Assembly (NCBI GenBank): GCA_018238155.1
Contig: JABCTZ010000012.1
Span: 29,254-93,253 of the forward strand
Reading direction: 5' to 3'
Source: Candidatus Heimdallarchaeota archaeon
GTDB taxonomy: Archaea; Asgardarchaeota; Heimdallarchaeia; JABLTI01
DNA length: 64,000 nt
The position numbers and the translations under genes were made by a program. Numbering within the stretch: the first letter of the stretch is position 1; every line of letters starts with the position of its first letter. This document shows positions 8,365-16,239 of this stretch, piece by piece. The notes beneath the pieces were generated by a model. The model was not told the origin of the DNA, did no database searches, and worked only from the letters and a program-made list of their open reading frames with translations.

Positions 8365-11300
8365 ATGGAACACATCAAGAAAAGTCTCAAGACACTCCAA
8401 CAAACACCAGGAGAACCACAGTTTGTAGATTTCCAAGTTCTATCCGTTAGACAACGAGATGCAGAAGGAGGATATCATTTGGCTCTTCGTTTGCTTGAAC
8501 CTGGAACAAGAAATCAAATATGCAAGGCAATTGTTTATCCAATGGAATGGTATCCTGGTCGATACGATGATCCTTCATTTTCACATTATCATAGTGTACT
8601 TAGATATTGTTTTGCGGGTCTCAAATCTGAAGGAAGACCTGCTGAACTGTTATTACAAGTAATGAAAGCTGTTTGGAAACCCGGAAAAGCAAAACCAGCC
8701 GGGAAATCTGCAGACGATAATCAAGGTCAGTTAGTAATTCTCAAATTTATTATTTCACCTGATTATAATATTACGGGTGGTGAGCTTGAGCTCGCTTTTA
8801 ATTGTCCGGTTAAATATTTTTATGAATCATTTCTTGGATTACAAAGAGCAATTCGCTCTGCCCCTACGTCAATTGGCTTTGTAAGAGGAAACGCAATTCA
8901 CAAAGGGATACAATATGCATCAAATGAATGGGTACAGAGTGCTGATCCCGTGGCTTCTATGAAATCTTATAACAGAGCTGTTATTGATGAATGGAGAGAT
9001 AATTTTGCTATCCTGCTTCGTAAAAATTATTTTAGAGGTCCAACAAAGGATTTGAAATTACCTGTTCAAGTTGATTCTATAGTCGTTGATCAAATAGCTG
9101 AAAAATTCACTGGTATAGAAGAAACGCAATTATTGAATGAATGTTTACTATTTTCTCCTGAGCGAGGAATTTCTGGCAGGGCAGATCAAATTATTCTTAA
9201 GGATGATCAAGATGAACTTTGGGAGATAAAAACTGGGAGTAGATATTTCATTGAATCTGATTATGATCCATTAACTGGTGTAACACATCCGGGTGGGATA
9301 CAAGCATTTGCTTATCATGATATTGTGAAAAAAGTGTTAGGACGAGCTCCAAAAGCTTTCATTGAATTTTTTGATGCAGATGCAGGAATGGCTGAAGACA
9401 ACCCAGAAATTATTCCATTACAAGAGCATGCTGTGATTAAGAGAAGAAAAATAGACCTTGCTAACACTCAAAGTGATGAATATCTTGACTTGCTCCTACA
9501 AACAAGAAATATTTCATTTGCAATAGAGTCAGGATTGCTATCTGGATATGATCGTTACAAAATAAACAAATTTTTGTCTAGAAGATTTATGCCTGCTTTG
9601 GGCACAGATTTCAACCTTCTAAGTAGCAATTGGAATCGTATTTGTAATTACTGTCCATCGAATCAACAAGGTATTTGTTCTGATGGTCGAGTTCGTTTAG
9701 ATACTGATATCTGGTTACATTTTCCTCAAGATTTGTTTGAATATTGGTCTTGGTATTTCAGGCAATTGCGATTTGAATTAAATAATGTTAAAAGATATCT
9801 GCATCGACTAGCGACAACACAAGTATCCCTCTTAGAAGAACAAGGAGTAACAATTTCAGATCTTGCGATAAAGAAATTTGATCCGTACAGATATATTCTC
9901 ACTCTATCTTCAAAAAAGAGAATTTTCACTCGAATTCGTGAAGGTGATAGTGTTTTTGTTACTCCTTCTATTTTAAAACCGGGCGAAATTTTTAGTGTTG
10001 AGGGAAAAGTGGAATTTCTTACTACAGATGAAGTGGTCATTAAAACACGGTCAACTTTGAAGTCTAGAGGTAAACAGTCAAAAGAATTTAGGATTGATCA
10101 AGTACAGAAGGTAATATTTTCGAAATGGCAAACTCGCTCTCTCACTGATTTTCTATTTGAGTCAATGAGAAGGACGAATGTTCTTGGTAGAAAATTGTCA
10201 AGTAAAGAATTACCAAAAACAGTACAGCTCGTTATTGGAACTACAAAACCGAAAAAAATCATTCCTGTTAGTCGAAAGCGATTGTTAAAAGATCTAGACA
10301 AATTTAAGGTCGAGGCAATCGAAAAAGCACTAGGCTTGGAAGCAGGTGAATTTCTTCTAGTTCAAGGCCCACCTGGAACTGGGAAAACAAGAATGATAGC
10401 TCAACTTGCCAAAGAAATTTTCTCAGAAAAATATCTCTTACATTCAAAGGATTTCAATGAAACAGATTATACGTTACCAAAACCAGTTCTAATTTTGACA
10501 AATACCCATAGAGCTGCAGATGAAGTTATTATTAAATTGCGTTCATTTGAAGATCTAAAACCATACATTGTTAGATTGGAATCATATTCAAAGAATCATC
10601 CGGAAGAAGTTCAAGAGTACATCATTCCTAATAGAGTCCAGTTCTCAGAGCATATAAAGGATAAAGCAGATCCCAATCTTTTGGTATCCATTCTCAAGAA
10701 AGGTACTGAAATGTATAACCAAGCAGGAATAATCGTTGGCACTCTAGGAAGTGTTGGAAATAATCTCTTAAAGGGTCTAAATTTCAATTGGGTAATTGTT
10801 GATGAAGCTGGACAAGCAACCGAACCTGCCTCTTTGGGTGCACTCCGTCATTTATGTCCACTTTCTGATTCGAAGGATGGCTATCCGAGAATAGTTTTAG
10901 TTGGAGATCACAAACAATTACCTCCTGTAGTTTCTGAAGAAACAATTGAACATACTCCTCCTGTGCCTAAAGTTCTTCTCAAATCTGGGCTAACGAAAAC
11001 AGATACACTCAAAACTTCACTCTTTGAAAGATTGTTCAGAATGTGGGTTGGAAAAAGTAATAATGTTGTTATTTTAGCTGATCAATATCGGATGAATGAA
11101 GCAATTTCGAGAATAATTAATCATGCATTTTATCCTGAAGTAAACTATGTGCCTGCGAATGATTCCATTGGCAAACACTCTCTGAAGGATTTTCTGGATG
11201 CATTTGCTCCTAAGCAAGCGTTCGATAAAAAGAAATTTTCAAGTATAATTTTTGATTATAAAATGCCCGTTGTTTTTCTAAACTCAGAAAAAGATCCAAA

Positions 11301-11844
11301 TGGCTTGGAAGGAGTAGAGGATACAGATATACAAACTGAATCTCGTTTTAATATTCGAGAAGCAAAAATAATCAGTTCATTACTATCTGAATTTTTAATG
11401 AATTATCCAGAAAAGGATCAAATTGCTATTGCAAAACAAATAGGTATTATTTCTCCATACCGTCATCAGAACAATCAAATTTATGCTGAATTACGAGCTA
11501 AAAAATTCTCAGATGCAGTTATTACACAAATAAGAGTTGATACTGTTGATAGATATCAAGGTGATGAACGCGAAATAATCATTCTGAGTTTAACAAATAG
11601 CAATGAACTAAATACTATCGGTCAGTTGCATCGCGAATGGCGACGAATGAACGTTTCAATCAGTAGAGCAAAAGCTAAACTTGTAATCATAGGCAATAAA
11701 CGAACTTTCATTTTACCTAATTCTGAAGAAAAAGATGTTGAAGCAAAAGAAAAATTCAAAAAAATGTTTGATACGATTGAAGTATTAAAGAGTGAAAAAT
11801 TAGCTCTAGAATTGCCTACAGCGAATCTCTTCACTGAAGACTAG
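8365..11844 (+). CDS. Dna2-like Fe-S PD-(D/E)xK nuclease fused to an SF1 (Upf1/Dna2-type) helicase
   Basis: Nuclease: ISPDYNITGGEL..AFNCP, GNAIH, FSPERGISGRAD, WEIKTG, QAFAY, CNYCPSNQQGIC. Helicase: QGPPGTGKT, TNTHRAAD, IVDEAGQ, LVGDHKQLPP, SLFERL, QYRMN, TVDRYQGDE, RRMNVSISRAK. Start moved to ATG 8365 (GGAG upstream; avoids overlap with the previous gene). Confidence 0.9.
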   Translation: MEHIKKSLKTLQQTPGEPQFVDFQVLSVRQRDAEGGYHLALRLLEPGTRNQICKAIVYPMEWYPGRYDDPSFSHYHSVLRYCFAGLKSEGRPAELLLQVMKAVWKPGKAKPAGKSADDNQGQLVILKFIISPDYNITGGELELAFNCPVKYFYESFLGLQRAIRSAPTSIGFVRGNAIHKGIQYASNEWVQSADPVASMKSYNRAVIDEWRDNFAILLRKNYFRGPTKDLKLPVQVDSIVVDQIAEKFTGIEETQLLNECLLFSPERGISGRADQIILKDDQDELWEIKTGSRYFIESDYDPLTGVTHPGGIQAFAYHDIVKKVLGRAPKAFIEFFDADAGMAEDNPEIIPLQEHAVIKRRKIDLANTQSDEYLDLLLQTRNISFAIESGLLSGYDRYKINKFLSRRFMPALGTDFNLLSSNWNRICNYCPSNQQGICSDGRVRLDTDIWLHFPQDLFEYWSWYFRQLRFELNNVKRYLHRLATTQVSLLEEQGVTISDLAIKKFDPYRYILTLSSKKRIFTRIREGDSVFVTPSILKPGEIFSVEGKVEFLTTDEVVIKTRSTLKSRGKQSKEFRIDQVQKVIFSKWQTRSLTDFLFESMRRTNVLGRKLSSKELPKTVQLVIGTTKPKKIIPVSRKRLLKDLDKFKVEAIEKALGLEAGEFLLVQGPPGTGKTRMIAQLAKEIFSEKYLLHSKDFNETDYTLPKPVLILTNTHRAADEVIIKLRSFEDLKPYIVRLESYSKNHPEEVQEYIIPNRVQFSEHIKDKADPNLLVSILKKGTEMYNQAGIIVGTLGSVGNNLLKGLNFNWVIVDEAGQATEPASLGALRHLCPLSDSKDGYPRIVLVGDHKQLPPVVSEETIEHTPPVPKVLLKSGLTKTDTLKTSLFERLFRMWVGKSNNVVILADQYRMNEAISRIINHAFYPEVNYVPANDSIGKHSLKDFLDAFAPKQAFDKKKFSSIIFDYKMPVVFLNSEKDPNGLEGVEDTDIQTESRFNIREAKIISSLLSEFLMNYPEKDQIAIAKQIGIISPYRHQNNQIYAELRAKKFSDAVITQIRVDTVDRYQGDEREIIILSLTNSNELNTIGQLHREWRRMNVSISRAKAKLVIIGNKRTFILPNSEEKDVEAKEKFKKMFDTIEVLKSEKLALELPTANLFTED

Positions 11845-11857
11845 ATTGAAATAAATT

Positions 11858-12403
11858 GTGGATCTGATTCAAATGTTAACGGCAGAAAAATTACCGAAAA
11901 TAGTAGCTGAACTTTTGGTTTTAGAAGAGATTGGATGTACCTATGATTTCAAAGAACGCTTTGAAGTTGGGTTAAATAGTTTAGAAGTTTTAGGCTTGGT
12001 TAAGCTTATCAAAACACGTATCCCAAGATGTGGAGATCATTGTACAAAATATCGTGATTGTCAATATATAGCATTGTTTGAAAAACGAAAAAGTAAAACA
12101 AAATATCGATTAACAAAAGAAGGGAAAAATCTGGCCGATTATCTTTCTTCAGAAACAGTTACTAGTAAGAATATAAAATTATTACTTCAAAGAGAATTCA
12201 GCAATTATTCTTTTGTAGATTTAATATTGTCTCTTCTGATGGATAGTCCTGAAATTTCAGTTGAGAAATTGGTCTCGAGTATAATAGCAAATACAAATTT
12301 AGCTCTTTATAGTATTCGCACTTCAATAAAGGACATTTTAGATTTACTAACAACTTTAGAGATACTAATTATAGATGAAGGTAAAATAACTACTTATACT
12401 TAA
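11858..12403 (+). CDS. Tandem winged-helix protein with a Cys-rich insert
   Basis: LEVLGLV...YRLTKEG wing motif interrupted by CGDHCTKYRDC; second wHTH-like unit ends ILDLLTTLEILIIDEGKI; starts 13 nt after the helicase stop. Confidence 0.6.
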   Translation: MDLIQMLTAEKLPKIVAELLVLEEIGCTYDFKERFEVGLNSLEVLGLVKLIKTRIPRCGDHCTKYRDCQYIALFEKRKSKTKYRLTKEGKNLADYLSSETVTSKNIKLLLQREFSNYSFVDLILSLLMDSPEISVEKLVSSIIANTNLALYSIRTSIKDILDLLTTLEILIIDEGKITTYT

Positions 12404-12522
12404 AGAATGCTTATTAAGAGGTATTTAGTTTGATATTATTGTTAATTTAGCTATAAAGAGGCAAAGATATTTCATAATCATTAATCATTCAAATTTAGAG
12501 CTTAAATTGAGTTGTGCTGAAA

Positions 12523-14811
12523 ATGTCATTGAAAAAAGTAAGTAGTTCATTACTAAGTCAAATTGGTTTCTCAGAACTAGAGCAGCAAGTATATTTAACG
12601 ATTCTGGGAATAGGCAATGCATCCTTGGGTGAAATGTATCTTCAAACGGGGATATCTTTTGAAGATTTACAAAATGTTGTTGATGAATTATCTGATAGAG
12701 GTTATCTTAAGAAAATAGCCGGTAAAATCAATAGATATATTGCTGTTGAACCATTTCTTAAGGGATTTTTATTTGTTGAAAAGGAATTTCAAAATGATAT
12801 TATTGGCATTGAAAATTCATTAATTAATTCTTTTGATACTAGTTATGATAAATTAAATCTTAGCATGGACAATTTCATTGGGTCAATTAGTCCCATTTAT
12901 GATAAAATAGTAGAAGAGCTGCGCCTTTCTAATGAAAAGTTAAAGATGGATCTAACAAATTCTATCTATCGTCATTCTGATAAAATCTCTAATCTTGCAG
13001 AAAGTTTTGATGTTATACTTTCTGAAGGCTTCTCTAAAACGTATTTATCTATTAGCAATGAGCTTTCAAATCTTAGTAATGAAATAAGTGTTATTCTTCG
13101 TGAAGAATCTACTAATGCTACTACTCGATTGCAAACTTTTGAACAAATAACAAACCAAACACTTACAAATATTATTCAACCATTAGATGATTCAATAATT
13201 GAATATAAAGCGTCTGCACCTGTTAAACAAAAATTAATTTTAGATGAACACAGACACGAAATATCTAATCTTCAAAAGAATATCAAATCAATCACTAAAC
13301 TAAGTTTGAAAGATATTGCTACATCCCTTAAGGAATTCGAGAAGGAATTTTTAGAACTTCTTTCTACAGCTTCAAATGGATATGCAACGGTCATCAAAGA
13401 TTACAAAACAGCTACTCACACATTAGTGAGTGAAAAGAAGAAAAAATTAGATGGTGCAGTAGTAAAACTTGTACAATATATTGGCAAAAATGTCGATCAA
13501 CTTTCACAAGAAGCTCATAACTTGAAAGGAAATATAGATGAATTAACTAAAACTGGTTTATTGAAACGCCCTCCTCCTCAATTAGTACAAGAAGCAAAAG
13601 AACGTGCAGATAAAATCGATCGTTTATCAATAGATATCAAAGGTGCTTATGATGAAGCCCTTAAAACATATCAGAAGGATATCATAGAAGGTCTGAACGA
13701 CTTTATAAAAATAAATGATGCTTTATTAACTAAACAACTTGCAGGTGGAAATAGCCAGATCAAAGCTCTTAAAATTAAGATTGCTAGTACCTGGACTGCT
13801 ATAGCAAAGAAATATGAGACTGATTTAACAGCTGCTGTCAAAGAAGTGCTAAAGGAATCCAACCCAAAACTCACAAGTACCTCTAAAGAGGCATTCAATA
13901 ATACGCTCAAGCATATTGAGGTTCTAAAAAACAGTGTTTCAGTAATTTTAGCTCCATTAAAGGATGTTATCTTTAAGGATCTTGAAGATTGTATGGAAAA
14001 CCTCTTTTTGAATTCAGCAAAGAGATTGCGATATCATAATGATTCTAATAATAAATCATTGGAAACAATACGCCATCTAACTGATGATATGAAATTTGTT
14101 TTCAAGAATCAAGTACAAGAAGAATTGAGTAAACCAAAGCAAATTGCTTCTGAAATGATAAGCGATTATACCAGTACACTTGACAACTATCTAACCACTC
14201 TCAATAGAGATCAAGGTGCAACTCTTGATACAATTACAACAGCAGCAGAAACTTTCCTCAATGTCTTGAAGGATTCATACTCAACTTCGAGTAATGAAAT
14301 CTCCAACCGATTAGCGGCAATTATTTACAAGGTCAACGAAACTAAAACATATCTCCAAGAAATCACCAATGCTGTGGATCAAATTCTTCCTGTTCCAAAA
14401 CCACATTCAATCATTGTTTATGGCAATCAAAATTCAATGAATACTATTTACGATATGCTCCTTCGTACTCGGTCAACTTGCACTATTGTAGTTCCAACAA
14501 TTGATCAATATCTTGTTGATCTTCTTTCTAAACAAGTCTCAAAGAGAGTACGAATAAGAATATTAGCTGATGTAGATCCATTCAGAGATGAAGCGATGGT
14601 TGCAGCTTTGAAACAACAAGGCAATATTACTATTTGGAATTACAATATGAGAGACTTCTTTGCAGTTACTCGAGATGGTGCCGAAGTATTACTTGCTCCT
14701 GTCACTCGAGATGGTGAGCTGACAAGTTTCGTTACAGAACAAGATGCTTTAGTAAGAGCAATTCAACAAATTATCAATGCATCTTTCATGGCTCGTTCAA
14801 AAGAAGTTTAA
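12523..14811 (+). CDS. TrmB-family wHTH + very long coiled-coil insert + PLD-like (TrmB C-terminal) domain
   Basis: N-terminus LSQIGFSELEQQVYLTIL...L.DRGYL.......YIAVEP is a TrmB HTH. C-terminus IIVYGNQNSMNTIYDMLLRTRSTCTIVVP...VRIRIL...AVTRDGAEVLLA matches the TrmB effector/PLD-like fold. About 550 helical residues lie between. Confidence 0.75.
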   Translation: MSLKKVSSSLLSQIGFSELEQQVYLTILGIGNASLGEMYLQTGISFEDLQNVVDELSDRGYLKKIAGKINRYIAVEPFLKGFLFVEKEFQNDIIGIENSLINSFDTSYDKLNLSMDNFIGSISPIYDKIVEELRLSNEKLKMDLTNSIYRHSDKISNLAESFDVILSEGFSKTYLSISNELSNLSNEISVILREESTNATTRLQTFEQITNQTLTNIIQPLDDSIIEYKASAPVKQKLILDEHRHEISNLQKNIKSITKLSLKDIATSLKEFEKEFLELLSTASNGYATVIKDYKTATHTLVSEKKKKLDGAVVKLVQYIGKNVDQLSQEAHNLKGNIDELTKTGLLKRPPPQLVQEAKERADKIDRLSIDIKGAYDEALKTYQKDIIEGLNDFIKINDALLTKQLAGGNSQIKALKIKIASTWTAIAKKYETDLTAAVKEVLKESNPKLTSTSKEAFNNTLKHIEVLKNSVSVILAPLKDVIFKDLEDCMENLFLNSAKRLRYHNDSNNKSLETIRHLTDDMKFVFKNQVQEELSKPKQIASEMISDYTSTLDNYLTTLNRDQGATLDTITTAAETFLNVLKDSYSTSSNEISNRLAAIIYKVNETKTYLQEITNAVDQILPVPKPHSIIVYGNQNSMNTIYDMLLRTRSTCTIVVPTIDQYLVDLLSKQVSKRVRIRILADVDPFRDEAMVAALKQQGNITIWNYNMRDFFAVTRDGAEVLLAPVTRDGELTSFVTEQDALVRAIQQIINASFMARSKEV

Positions 14812-14839
14812 AACAGAATAATGATTTGTTGATTGTTAG

Positions 14840-15526
14840 TCATTTGAAAATGGTTAACAATCTCTGAATTTCTTTAAACCAATTCGAAATACTTTTTTGA
14901 ATAACTTTCTTAGTTTTATCTGGCACATGCCATAGTTCTATAAGATCAAATTCTCTTTTAGATGTTTCAAACATGTTTTTGAGGAGTGCCAGAACAATTT
15001 TGTTCTTTTTCATCAATTTACGTGAAACAGCACTTAGTGGAATTGGTTGTTCCTTACCAAAGGATTCCAATATACCCAAAATTCCTAGACAGCTGCTTTC
15101 AAGAAAAACATCAAAGGAATTTGTCAAGGGGATGTAAACGTGATATGCAGGCATAGTTAAGAGAACTAAGGGATTGCCATCTGGATCAAGATTTTTCATA
15201 TCAAGTAAGTAAAATGCTTCTTCATCGTTTGTTGCAAATAAAATAAAACGATTATCGGGAAGATGATTTACTTTTTTCCTAGTAAGAATGAGGTTTTCAC
15301 ATGAATTTATCAGTAGGTGTGATGGGTCCTCTAAATCATCTAGAAAATACTCGGAATCAATCATTAAACCATTTGTTTGCTCGTAAAAAAGTTTCAAATG
15401 ATCTGGTAATTCCATGTTCTTAAAAAATAATAGTTCTTTAATATGGATGCGAGTGAGTCCATTGTAAAAAGTGACTTCTACTCTTGAATCATCTAAATAA
15501 TTATCCAGTATCTGAATTTTCTTCAC
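14840..15526 (-). CDS. SMI1/KNR4 (SUKH) family protein
   Basis: LPDHLKLFYEQTNGL...FILFAT....FYLLD...GNPLV...LTNSFDVFLE pattern. Confidence 0.75.
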   Translation of the reverse strand: MKKIQILDNYLDDSRVEVTFYNGLTRIHIKELLFFKNMELPDHLKLFYEQTNGLMIDSEYFLDDLEDPSHLLINSCENLILTRKKVNHLPDNRFILFATNDEEAFYLLDMKNLDPDGNPLVLLTMPAYHVYIPLTNSFDVFLESSCLGILGILESFGKEQPIPLSAVSRKLMKKNKIVLALLKNMFETSKREFDLIELWHVPDKTKKVIQKSISNWFKEIQRLLTIFK

Positions 15527-15610
15527 CTACAAATGTTCTTGAATAAATTGGATTAATATTGTTTTTTTAAGTTAAAAAAAGAGATGGAATAGAAGAAGAC
15601 AAAGCTGTGC

Positions 15611-16234
15611 CTACTTCATTAGTTCCTTCATTGTATTGTAACCTTTGTCGAATGCTTCGATATTTGTTGCAATAACTTTTTCGTTTTTCTTAAAACGCAT
15701 ATTAAGTGCTTTGATAAGTGATTCTTTTGTAAGAGGAAAGTTTGGTATAGCAAAGAGAGCTCCTACTAGGACAACATTTTGAGTTCTTGTATCACCAACT
15801 TCAGAAGCTAATTTGAAGGCATCAATTAGGAAAACATTGTTGGTATATTTCTTAATGATAGTAAGAATGTCTTCTGTTTCGGGGTATTTTCCTCCTTTCT
15901 TAGCACTCAGACTAGGTGGGATGATTTTGTGACTATTCATAATAACATACCCATCTTTAGGAATGATTTTGCGAATAGCTCGGGCAGTTTCTCCAAGCTC
16001 AAAACTTAAGAGAACATTTGCGTCACCATCTGCAATTAGAGGACCACTAACAGGTCCAAAGCGAATTTCGGTGTTAACAACACCACCTCTTTGAGCCATA
16101 CCATGTATTTCACTTTGCACCACAAAAATATCCTGGACTAATGCTGAGTTACCAATAAGCATGGCTGCAGTGAGGACACCTGTTCCACCTACTCCTGCAA
16201 TTTCAATTTGATATGGTTTATCTAATTTAGTCAT
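15611..16234 (-). CDS. iorB: Indolepyruvate:ferredoxin oxidoreductase beta subunit
   Basis: IAGVGGTGVL, SEIHGMAQRGGVV and NVVLVGA motifs; directly downstream of iorA; ATG follows GGTGA. Confidence 0.93.
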   Translation of the reverse strand: MTKLDKPYQIEIAGVGGTGVLTAAMLIGNSALVQDIFVVQSEIHGMAQRGGVVNTEIRFGPVSGPLIADGDANVLLSFELGETARAIRKIIPKDGYVIMNSHKIIPPSLSAKKGGKYPETEDILTIIKKYTNNVFLIDAFKLASEVGDTRTQNVVLVGALFAIPNFPLTKESLIKALNMRFKKNEKVIATNIEAFDKGYNTMKELMK

Positions 16235-16239
16235 TTCAT

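Noticed and set aside
8365-9720. Cas4-like nuclease taken as evidence of a CRISPR-Cas adaptation locus
   Set aside because: The domain is the N-terminal part of a Dna2-type fusion; no cas1, cas2 or array in the window.
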